Assembly: GCA_030271625.1 (NCBI GenBank)
Contig: JARXKN010000002.1
Coordinates: 7,996-71,995 of the forward strand
Reading direction: 5' to 3'
Origin: Patescibacteria group bacterium
Lineage (GTDB): Bacteria; Patescibacteriota; Saccharimonadia; Saccharimonadales; UBA4665
DNA length: 64,000 nt
Shown: in pieces, positions 56,888 through 64,000 of the stretch
Layout of the letters: each line of letters starts with the position of its first letter
How positions within the stretch are numbered: the first letter of the stretch is position 1
The notes under the pieces: generated by a model
What the model saw: the letters and a program-made list of their open reading frames with translations, nothing else
What the model was told of the DNA's origin: nothing
Databases searched by the model: none
Made by a program: the position numbers and the translations under genes

Positions 56888-56956
56888 TTTTTATTTTCCT
56901 TGTGTTAAAAAAGCGTACACTCTCGTAATACGCTTATGTTAACTAGCTGTCAAGTA

Positions 56957-57310
56957 TTAGTTGGGCCGGTACTGAGCGAAAGAATCGCGCTTAATGCGTT
57001 CTTTGTCAGCCTGACGATGACAATACACCGAGAACCCCTTATTTATACTGGTAGTAGCGAGCACGATGGCGTACAGCCCAATAGTTGTCCCATCAATATG
57101 CTGGGACGCGCCCAGTAACGGCGGTATTTCTACTAAGCCAGCCGTGGCTATGGTGCCAAGCGCAAGCAGTCGCTTAGCTTTTTGATTGTGGTTATTAGCT
57201 AATGTTTCGAGATTGTTGACGTGTTGGTCACACAATTCATACAGCTCAGGACCGACCGCATCCATATAAGAATTCCACATGTTGGAATGTTCAGGCTGAG
57301 GCGTGTCCAT
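56957..57310 (-). CDS. Hypothetical 117-aa protein with two predicted TM segments
   Basis: ORF 5 nt downstream of nusG. Its hydrophobic core is 'LLALGTIATAGLVEIPPLLG...IGLYAIVLATTSI'. Confidence 0.45.
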   Translation of the reverse strand: MDTPQPEHSNMWNSYMDAVGPELYELCDQHVNNLETLANNHNQKAKRLLALGTIATAGLVEIPPLLGASQHIDGTTIGLYAIVLATTSINKGFSVYCHRQADKERIKRDSFAQYRPN

Positions 57311-57315
57311 GCAAA

Positions 57316-57861
57316 CTAGACGCGCTTGACCTGTAAGCTGTCCAGCTCGACCGGTGTTTCTCGACCAAACATGTTGACCAAAACTTTTAGTTTGCCCTTT
57401 TGAGGATCGATTTCGCTAATACTGCCATCGAAGCCCTTGAACGGTCCGTCGATAATGTTAACGACATCGCCGGTATTGAAGTCGATCTTGTGCTTTGGCT
57501 GCTCCAGACCCATGCGCTTCTGAATCTTTTCGATTTCATCGGTTTCAATTGGGGTAGGATCGGTGCCACTACCGACGAAGCCGGTGACACCAGGGGTGTT
57601 ACGAACAATGTACCAGGCATCTTCGCTCAGCTTCATCTGCACTAAGACATAGCCTTGGAAGATACGCTTCTCGACGACCCGGCGCTTGCCGTTCTTAATT
57701 TCAATCATTTTTTCTTTTGGTACTAAGACCTCAAAGATTTTGTCGCTCATATCTAATGAGTCGGCTCGCTGTCGAATGCTTTCAGCGACTTTCTCTTCGT
57801 AGCCACTATAGGTGTGAATGGCGTACCATTGCTTGGTTGTGTCGTATCGTTTCTGTGTCAT
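57316..57861 (-). CDS. nusG: Transcription termination/antitermination factor NusG
   Basis: 'WYAIHTYSGYEEKV' NGN domain and a KOW region 'GDVVNIIDGPFKGFDGSISEI'. Confidence 0.93.
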   Translation of the reverse strand: MTQKRYDTTKQWYAIHTYSGYEEKVAESIRQRADSLDMSDKIFEVLVPKEKMIEIKNGKRRVVEKRIFQGYVLVQMKLSEDAWYIVRNTPGVTGFVGSGTDPTPIETDEIEKIQKRMGLEQPKHKIDFNTGDVVNIIDGPFKGFDGSISEIDPQKGKLKVLVNMFGRETPVELDSLQVKRV

Positions 57862-58292
57862 TACTTTAGTAATACTCCTCTAAATAGTTTATCTAATCCA
57901 AAATCTAAAATGGCCACAAAGGCACCAAAAACAAAAGCGAAGGCTAGAACCGCAAAAGTTAGCTGGCGGCTTTCGCGGCGGTCGGGCCACTGCACCTGGC
58001 GCAGTTCACGGTAACTGTTCCGGAAGTACTTAGGGAACAAAATGCGCCCCAGTAAGCGGAAGGGCTTAGCTAAAACCCGCAGGACTTTATTGCCGCTAGC
58101 CTTTTTGGCAATGCCAGCAATTGGTCGAGCTGGCTTACCGGCTACAGAGCGGATTCGACTGCGGCGATCCGGTTGTTGACTTTGTTCGCTGGCTTTTAGG
58201 GCCCGCTCGCGGAAGGTCTCTGGATTTTTAACTTTTCGGGTAGATGTAGCAGCTACTTTACTACTATCCTTTGCATCAGCTTTGTCAGCCAC
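57861..58292 (-). CDS. secE: Preprotein translocase subunit SecE with ~90-aa basic N-terminal extension
   Basis: The C-terminus 'RELRQVQWPDRRESRQLTFAVLAFAFVFGAFVAILDF' is the SecE TM signature. GTG start with AAGGAG upstream. One-nt overlap with nusG. Confidence 0.8.
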   Translation of the reverse strand: MADKADAKDSSKVAATSTRKVKNPETFRERALKASEQSQQPDRRSRIRSVAGKPARPIAGIAKKASGNKVLRVLAKPFRLLGRILFPKYFRNSYRELRQVQWPDRRESRQLTFAVLAFAFVFGAFVAILDFGLDKLFRGVLLK

Positions 58293-58342
58293 TGGAGCTC
58301 CTTATGTTTAGTGTGTCTATGTAGTCTAGACTAGTCCCAATC

Positions 58343-58367
58343 AAAAAGCCTACAAAGATTTGTAGGC
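58343..58367 (-). terminator. Terminator-like hairpin plus U-run on the minus strand, 51 nt upstream of secE
   Basis: The minus strand reads GCCUACA-AAUCUU-UGUAGGC-UUUUU. A 12-bp palindrome tagtctagacta follows at 58322-58333. Confidence 0.35.
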
Positions 58368-58371
58368 CAAT

Positions 58372-59946
58372 GTGTCAAGGATAGCAGAGGTGGCGGCTAG
58401 GGTCAAGACACAAGACGTACCGCTTGCGCTTAGATTTGCTATAGTTAAGGTAATGCCCTACGCTCTGCTGCTTACTATCCTCGTCCTGTTTCTGGAACTT
58501 GGCCTGTGGTTGCCGAGTCAGAGTAACCGGCGAACCTGGGCGGCTCTGACTTTAAGCCTGCTTATGCCAGCTAGTATCTGGTTTGTCGGTAGTTATCCTA
58601 ACGGCTTCGCACTACTGTTTGCTGTTGTCGCGGCCTACCGGAGTGTGAATTTAGCGCGCTACATTCAAATGCGGCGTCAACCAGATCATTTATATAGTGT
58701 CGCCAAGCGCACCAGTAGCTGGTTGCTGGCCATGCAACTGCTAACGCTGTGGCTCAGTGTTACGGCTTCGGCTAGCAGCTTGCACTACGGCTTTGTACTT
58801 TTAGTAATGATTAGTGTCGTCGGCAGTATCGTGCTGGCTGCGGCTACGCAGCGTAACTTACATAAGACTCGGCCGCTCCGGCCCGCGACAGTGGCTGATA
58901 CAGTTACTCCAACCATATCAGTACTGATACCGGCCCGTAATGAAACCGAAGATCTGACTGCCTGCTTGCAGTCGTTAGTCCAGAGCAACTACGAAAAGCT
59001 AGAGATTATTGTGCTCGATGACTGCTCGCAGAATAAACGCACCCCCGAGATTATTAAGGGCTTTGCTCATGCCGGCGTTCGATTTATAGCCGGTGGTCCG
59101 GTACCCGATAATTGGTTAGCTAAGAATTATGCCTATGACCAGCTGGCACAGGCTGCCAGCGGCGATTTATTGCTCTTCTGTGGGGCCGACACCCGTTTTA
59201 AGCCAGAAACGCTCGGGGTGATGGTCGACGAGCTACTTCAGAAGCAAAAAACGATGATTAGCTTTGTACCAGCCAATAAAGCTCCTCGCCTATTTGAGTA
59301 TGCCTCCTTGCTGGTCCAGCCTAGTCGCTACGCTTGGGAGTTAGCCTTACCTCGTCGCGCCCTCGATCGTCCGCCAGTGCTTAGCACGGCTTGGCTGATT
59401 CGTCGTGAAACACTGGAAGCTACGGGTGGGTTTATGGCTGTGCCCCGAGCGGCCACACCGGAGCGGATGTTTGCTCGTTACGCCGCGACCCATGATGATG
59501 GCTATAGTTTTCTGCAGAGTGACACTGAGCATGGTGTGGCTAGTTACAAGAGTTTCGAAGACCAACGGGCCACCGCCATTCGAACCCGCTACCCGCAACT
59601 ACACCAATCGCTGGAACTCACGGCCTTGGTTACGGTGCTGGAGCTGGTGCTGATAGTCATACCCTTCGTGCTCTACTTTACGACCTTACTGAGTGACAAC
59701 ATGAAACTGTTCGCCATTGTCGATGGGGCCTGCATCTTACTGACGATTATGTATGCTCAAATCACTGCCCTCACCTACCGGCGCTTTATACTGCGCAGTC
59801 TGTGGCTGTTGCCGATTGCCGCTCTATACGACATTATCCTGCTCAATTACTCAATGTATAAGTATGAGTTCAGTAGTGTTGATTGGAAAGGCCGTAACGT
59901 CTGCATACCCGTTATGCAGGTCATTAACCAATTACCTAAGGCTTAG
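58372..59946 (+). CDS. Membrane-embedded family 2 glycosyltransferase
   Basis: N-terminal TM block, GT2 core 'VLIPARNETEDL...IIVLDDCS...CGADTRF', and C-terminal TM block. GTG start in the track. The true start is uncertain. Confidence 0.8.
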   Translation: MSRIAEVAARVKTQDVPLALRFAIVKVMPYALLLTILVLFLELGLWLPSQSNRRTWAALTLSLLMPASIWFVGSYPNGFALLFAVVAAYRSVNLARYIQMRRQPDHLYSVAKRTSSWLLAMQLLTLWLSVTASASSLHYGFVLLVMISVVGSIVLAAATQRNLHKTRPLRPATVADTVTPTISVLIPARNETEDLTACLQSLVQSNYEKLEIIVLDDCSQNKRTPEIIKGFAHAGVRFIAGGPVPDNWLAKNYAYDQLAQAASGDLLLFCGADTRFKPETLGVMVDELLQKQKTMISFVPANKAPRLFEYASLLVQPSRYAWELALPRRALDRPPVLSTAWLIRRETLEATGGFMAVPRAATPERMFARYAATHDDGYSFLQSDTEHGVASYKSFEDQRATAIRTRYPQLHQSLELTALVTVLELVLIVIPFVLYFTTLLSDNMKLFAIVDGACILLTIMYAQITALTYRRFILRSLWLLPIAALYDIILLNYSMYKYEFSSVDWKGRNVCIPVMQVINQLPKA

Positions 59947-61585
59947 CTTTAGTAGCCTCCGCTAAGTTCGGGAAGAAGATAGTAAAAGTAGAGCCCTTGT
60001 TAAGCTCGCTGGCGACACTTATCTGGGCCTTTAATAACCGCGTTAACTTCATGGTAACGTACAATCCCAAGCCGGTACCGTTGTTTTGTCGAGTCCGGTA
60101 ATCTTCAGAGCGGAAGAACTTGTCGAAGACTCGCTCCTGGTCGCCCTTGCTGATACCGATACCGGTGTCCCGGACGTAAAAAGTTATGCCGTTGTCGCCG
60201 GGCTTAGCTCCGATGGTTACGCTGCCTGTCTCGGTGTATTTAATGGCGTTAGTAATAAAATTCTGCAGTACTTCTCGCACATACAATTTACCAGATTGTA
60301 AGTCTGGCAGATTGTCGCTTAACTCAAGGCCAAGCGTGAGCCCCTTCTTGGTAGCGTCTGGGGTGTAGTTACTTAATAATTCTTGGGCTAGTTCGGTGAT
60401 GGCTATAGCTTCTGGCTCAACCTGCAGGACGCCCCGTTCGGCTCGCGATAACGTCGACAGGTCATTAATCATTGAGGCTAAGAACAAGACTTGATTGTGG
60501 GCTTCCTTAAGGGCGGTCTTTACCGCCGCCAAATCGCCAGTTTTTTCAACAATGTACTCAGCGTTACCGATGTTGCCTTCAGAGATAGCAATCGGCGTCC
60601 GCAGCTCGTGGCTGACGACGCTAATAAACTCATCACGCTCTTCTTCTAATGATTTCTCGCGGGTGATATCACGCAGCACGATGGTGTAGCCGTTATTCTC
60701 GGACTTACCAAAGCCAAGGTAGACCGGCGCGATACCTAAGAAGAGATTGGCGACACTACCGTCTTTATACTTAACACGTAAATCACGATTAATGGTTGGA
60801 ACGGTGGTTTCTTTTAGTACGTGTGTCATGCTGACCGGCTGTGAGGTCTCGTCTATCGGGTGGATCAGTTGGGCTATGCTCTTACCCTTAATGTCAGTAT
60901 TTAAGTCCAGAACATCGAGCGCAGCGGCGTTATAGACTTTTACCTTATTGTGTCTGTCGACGGCAATAACACCGTCACTAATGTTATTGATAAGCGATTC
61001 CATTTGTTTCTGCTGGGAAATTGCATCTTGAGAAGCCGCTGACACGGCCTTGAGCTCGTTTTCGGAATAGCGCAAGAAAACTATTGAGTAGTAGGTCATG
61101 ACCATAATTAAGCCATAGGTCGCAAAGTAATTTATTAAAGCCGTCACATCGCTAACACCATAACGGTACAGATAACTCGCGGTGATGAAGGTAAACATGC
61201 CATACATACTGAGCAGCATTGCTCGGTAGCCAAATCGCAAGTAGGTCATGGTTGTCATTAGTAAGACGAAGATGAGGTAAGGCGACGGGATGGGTGTTAG
61301 AAAGGCCACTGAATAGACAGTGATGGCATGGAGTGCAATACAGTCGATGGCCTGCAGCCAATAACTAGGGTTTTTTATGAAATAGCGAGCACCATAAATA
61401 ATGGCAATAGCGGCTAAGATTAACACTTGAGAAACGTGAGAAACATTGGCCAACTCATCAGTAAAGAAATATTGTACAAAGCCTATTAGGCTAGCTACCG
61501 TGATCGGCAGGATGCTGCCCAGGCGAGTACTATTTTGGTGGCGAGTTTGTTGAAAGAGTTCGTAACTGGTTTTTGGGGCGGCCAT
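59936..61585 (-). CDS. Membrane-bound PAS sensor histidine kinase
   Basis: ~6 N-terminal TM segments, a PAS region ('INNISDGVIAVDRHNKVKVYN'), H-box 'SHELRTPIAIS', and 'NAIKYT', 'DTGIGI', 'GTGLGL'. Confidence 0.9.
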   Translation of the reverse strand: MAAPKTSYELFQQTRHQNSTRLGSILPITVASLIGFVQYFFTDELANVSHVSQVLILAAIAIIYGARYFIKNPSYWLQAIDCIALHAITVYSVAFLTPIPSPYLIFVLLMTTMTYLRFGYRAMLLSMYGMFTFITASYLYRYGVSDVTALINYFATYGLIMVMTYYSIVFLRYSENELKAVSAASQDAISQQKQMESLINNISDGVIAVDRHNKVKVYNAAALDVLDLNTDIKGKSIAQLIHPIDETSQPVSMTHVLKETTVPTINRDLRVKYKDGSVANLFLGIAPVYLGFGKSENNGYTIVLRDITREKSLEEERDEFISVVSHELRTPIAISEGNIGNAEYIVEKTGDLAAVKTALKEAHNQVLFLASMINDLSTLSRAERGVLQVEPEAIAITELAQELLSNYTPDATKKGLTLGLELSDNLPDLQSGKLYVREVLQNFITNAIKYTETGSVTIGAKPGDNGITFYVRDTGIGISKGDQERVFDKFFRSEDYRTRQNNGTGLGLYVTMKLTRLLKAQISVASELNKGSTFTIFFPNLAEATKAKP

Positions 61586-61609
61586 ATTGCTGGTAATTAT
61601 AACGGCTTT

Positions 61610-62311
61610 TTAGCTAACCACAACTGGCTTATGCTTACGGATAGCAGTGCGCAGTTTTTTAGCACCTGGTACAACTGCTTCTAAGGCTGCCCAAAAGTCT
61701 TCGCCGTGGTTCATATGTTTGGTATGCACTAACTCATGGAGCAACACATAATCAATCAGCTCCCAAGGCAATTGCATTAAGAATAAGTTCAAAGCAATCC
61801 GGCCATGCTGGTCACAACTACCCCAACGGCCGGTGAGTTGTTTGATTGATACGGCGGTATAGCTGAAGCCATGTTCGGTAGCTAATTGCTGTAAGCGCGG
61901 CGGTAGCACCACAGCTGCCTCGTGGCGTAAAGCGCGGATAGCGGCCTTCTCGGCTAAAGCCTGCACGCTTTTGTCGGCGTAAAGTAAGCTCAGCGGATGG
62001 GTGATAATAATTTGGCCAGCTTTCAGCCGACTACTGGGCTTCGTGGCCTTGATGCTAACGCGAAAATGCAAACTATGCGACTTGCCAATTATCTGACCTT
62101 CAGCCAGTACTATCGGCGCTTGCCGTTGAGCGGCAATCCAGGCCTGACGTGACTCAGCAAAAGCGACGCCGGTTTTATAGGGCACCCAAAACGGCAAACT
62201 AACCTTAACTTCGCCTTTAGCAGTCACGCTTAAACGAATGCTGCGGCTAGAGTGACGCTTATAGACGGCTATTGCTAAGCCATCTTTAAGCACAAACTTT
62301 TTAACGGCCAC
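61610..62311 (-). CDS. YgjP-like (DUF45) zinc metallopeptidase-fold protein
   Basis: The C-terminal 'YVLLHELVHTKHMNHGEDFW' HExxH motif and overall length fit the family. Confidence 0.8.
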   Translation of the reverse strand: MAVKKFVLKDGLAIAVYKRHSSRSIRLSVTAKGEVKVSLPFWVPYKTGVAFAESRQAWIAAQRQAPIVLAEGQIIGKSHSLHFRVSIKATKPSSRLKAGQIIITHPLSLLYADKSVQALAEKAAIRALRHEAAVVLPPRLQQLATEHGFSYTAVSIKQLTGRWGSCDQHGRIALNLFLMQLPWELIDYVLLHELVHTKHMNHGEDFWAALEAVVPGAKKLRTAIRKHKPVVVS

Positions 62312-62312
62312 G

Positions 62313-62981
62313 CTAGCGAATGTTGATGTTGCGGCGAGTCATATCGACTCGGCCGCTATTATTCTGATTAGCAGGAACCAGGTTAACCATGCCCGGCTTA
62401 GCGACATTGGCGCTGGCATCCTCGCTGCTTAACAGGCCCAGATGGCGCAGCTTGCTAACGGCAGCATTTTGCTGGGTGGCGTACAAGTGCTTACCACTAA
62501 TTACCACGTATTCTTCGGCCACGCTTGGGTTTTGCATGTAGCCGAGAATTTTCTTGTAGGTTTCACGATCCCACTGAGCGGCATATTTGTCATCGGCTCG
62601 GCGGCGGTCACGTTTGGTAGAGCGAGCGTAGGCACTCTCGGCATCAATCTGGAACCACATTAATAAGGGTGTGGCGTGATTTTTACGGGCCAGTTCGCGC
62701 AGCGCGTGGCGCTGACTAAGCCGCAAAGCGTTGGCGTCATAAATAACACTCAGTCCGGCGCTTAAAAACTCTTCAGTCATATAATCCATTAGTTGCGCCA
62801 CAACCTCATTTTCTTGCTTGTCATAGCGCGGCTTCTCAAATAATTCACTGCGGATGCGATCACTCTGAACGTGGGCTGCTTGAATGTTTTCGGCCAGTTG
62901 ACGTGCGAAGTAGGTTTTGCCCGAACCCGGGAAACCATAAAGCATAATAAGAAAGGGTTTAGTGGGGAGTATTTTAGCCAT
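62313..62981 (-). CDS. P-loop kinase-like ATP-binding protein (AAA_33 / zeta-toxin-like fold)
   Basis: Walker A 'GFPGSGKT' near the N-terminus, in a ~170-aa kinase-like core followed by a tail. The substrate is unknown. Confidence 0.65.
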   Translation of the reverse strand: MAKILPTKPFLIMLYGFPGSGKTYFARQLAENIQAAHVQSDRIRSELFEKPRYDKQENEVVAQLMDYMTEEFLSAGLSVIYDANALRLSQRHALRELARKNHATPLLMWFQIDAESAYARSTKRDRRRADDKYAAQWDRETYKKILGYMQNPSVAEEYVVISGKHLYATQQNAAVSKLRHLGLLSSEDASANVAKPGMVNLVPANQNNSGRVDMTRRNINIR

Positions 62982-63031
62982 GTATTGCTATAGGTATAGC
63001 AGATTTTCAATACTTAGCCAAGCAGAACCAG

Positions 63032-63060
63032 ATGACAAAAGGCGCTATTTAGCATAAAAT
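63032..63060 (+). promoter_or_regulatory. Sigma70-like promoter ATGACA-17nt-TAAAAT upstream of tRNA-Trp
   Basis: The plus strand reads ATGACAaaaggcgctatttagcaTAAAAT, ending 25 nt before the tRNA. Confidence 0.4.
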
Positions 63061-63085
63061 AACGCAGTTACGTACGTAACGCTCT

Positions 63086-63160
63086 AGGGGTATAGTACAA
63101 CGGTTAGTATATGGGTCTCCAAAACCTAAGATCGTGGTTCGATTCCACGTACCCCTGCCA
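63086..63160 (+). tRNA. tRNA-Trp (anticodon CCA), CCA end encoded
   Basis: Cloverleaf with acceptor stem AGGGGUA/UACCCCU, anticodon stem UGGGU/ACCUA, anticodon loop CUCCAAA, and T-arm CGUGG-UUCGAUU-CCACG, followed by G-CCA. Confidence 0.9.
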
Positions 63161-63167
63161 GTTATTA

Positions 63168-64000
63168 TTAGTCATTTTGTTGCAAAATCTTTTGGAGGGT
63201 ACGAGCGCTGGGGCCGTTACTGGCTCGGCCGGCTGTTTCTATATCTCTTTGGGTTGCTATTCGGCCTAATGTTTTGTGAAGGTTTTGTAAGTACGTTTCA
63301 GCCTGTTCTGGTCTCCATTTCGTGTACGGAATAGGGATTGCAAATCCAGCCCGTTCTCGAATGTACGGTAGACGCAGCCCACGTTTGTAGAAGGCTCCTA
63401 AGTGCGGTCCATTGCCTTGCTTGTAAGCCTCATTTACTTCTTCTACCGTGGCCGGGTGGCCGAGCGCTTCTGATAACTGTTTGTAGTAGTCTACGAAATC
63501 GCTTTCCGTCCAATTACGCGAGTCCGCCGCCGCTATTTCTGAAGCGGCCCGTAACGACCTTAGACTGCCGAAGTTTTTTAATAGGAGCGTGGGGCTGGGC
63601 CCACGCCCGTCTTTACTGGCACTCCGTATGTCTTTTTCGGTAGGCGTTCGGCCTAGCTCTTTAGCAAGCTCTTGATAATATGCGATAGACATTTCATCAT
63701 TCCAGGTTCGGCCTTTGGTATTTACGGCGTGCCCGGCAGCTTCTTTGAGCTTTGCAATACTGCCCTCGTACCTCTTTACTAAAAAGTTAATCCCCGGCCC
63801 CTCACCCCGCGCACAGGCAGCGTTAATGTCATTAACGGATGCAGATCGGCCAAGAATCTCAGACAGTGCATTATAGTACTCGACAGAATCAGCGGCCGTC
63901 CAGCCTTTCCAGAAGTTCCGTAGTGATTCCTTCATCCCGCAAGCCCGCCGTAATTGAACAATACTGCTGTTGAAATCTCGTACTAGCAGTTGGTAGCCAG
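63168..64000 (-). CDS. Protein of tandem ~58-aa homing-endonuclease-associated (HNH_repeat-like) repeats; N-terminus outside window
   Basis: Four full repeats fit the pattern 'W(T/N)..........YY..L...LGR.P...(D/E)I........GP......(F/Y)'. The frame stays open upstream of the listed Met through base 64000. The upstream residues ('FNSSIVQLRRACG') look like the end of a fifth repeat. Confidence 0.65.
   Translation of the reverse strand, partial: GYQLLVRDFNSSIVQLRRACGMKESLRNFWKGWTAADSVEYYNALSEILGRSASVNDINAACARGEGPGINFLVKRYEGSIAKLKEAAGHAVNTKGRTWNDEMSIAYYQELAKELGRTPTEKDIRSASKDGRGPSPTLLLKNFGSLRSLRAASEIAAADSRNWTESDFVDYYKQLSEALGHPATVEEVNEAYKQGNGPHLGAFYKRGLRLPYIRERAGFAIPIPYTKWRPEQAETYLQNLHKTLGRIATQRDIETAGRASNGPSARTLQKILQQND

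Noticed and set aside
63134-63334. A 66-aa plus-strand ORF that starts inside tRNA-Trp.
   Set aside because: It overlaps the tRNA 3' half and runs antisense to the repeat-protein gene. I consider it spurious.

Overview
The window is a gene-dense bacterial chromosomal segment, roughly 50% GC by eye, with many 1-16 nt gene overlaps. I found no rRNA genes, CRISPR arrays, transposases or integrases.

Gene content, in order:
- 3' part of the F1Fo ATP synthase operon (atpF'-H-A-G-[unknown ORF]-D-C), then mscL, two unknown ORFs and a MIP channel.
- A UvrD-type helicase fused to a RecB-type nuclease.
- A respiratory island: NDH-2, an FAD-linked dehydrogenase, cyoE and cyoABCD.
- An envelope glycosylation cluster: a flippase-like protein, a GT-C-like membrane protein, a GT2 and an LCP protein.
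- A Crp/Fnr-family regulator, followed by a membrane protein / small protein / PAS histidine kinase / receiver operon.
- pgi and an orphan cytochrome b6-like membrane protein.
- tRNA-Gln, a VanY-type peptidase, a hydrolase, two GT4 enzymes and an AI-2E transporter.
- cysS, nrnA, and recR-ybaB-(membrane protein)-dnaB-dnaX.
- A secE-nusG-rplK-rplA ... rplJ-rplL cluster broken by two insertions. One insertion contains dcd and a fused tmk-thyX gene.
- A second PAS kinase locus, tRNA-Trp, and a protein made of tandem homing-endonuclease-associated repeats that runs off the 3' edge.

The compaction and gene content suggest a small-genome Patescibacteria/CPR organism, perhaps Saccharibacteria-like. 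That is inference only.

Observations most worth follow-up:
- An unrecognised ORF translationally coupled on both sides inside the atp operon.
- A terminator/antiterminator leader with a possible Ile-rich leader peptide in front of an IlvA-like enzyme.
- The Tmk-ThyX fusion next to dcd.
- CyoD fused to an extracytoplasmic His-rich domain.
- A stand-alone cytochrome b6-like protein with a CRP-type site upstream.
- A candidate split sensor module upstream of a soluble PAS kinase.

All calls rest on reading the translated ORFs and the sequence by eye. No database search was run. Promoter and operator calls are motif matches only.
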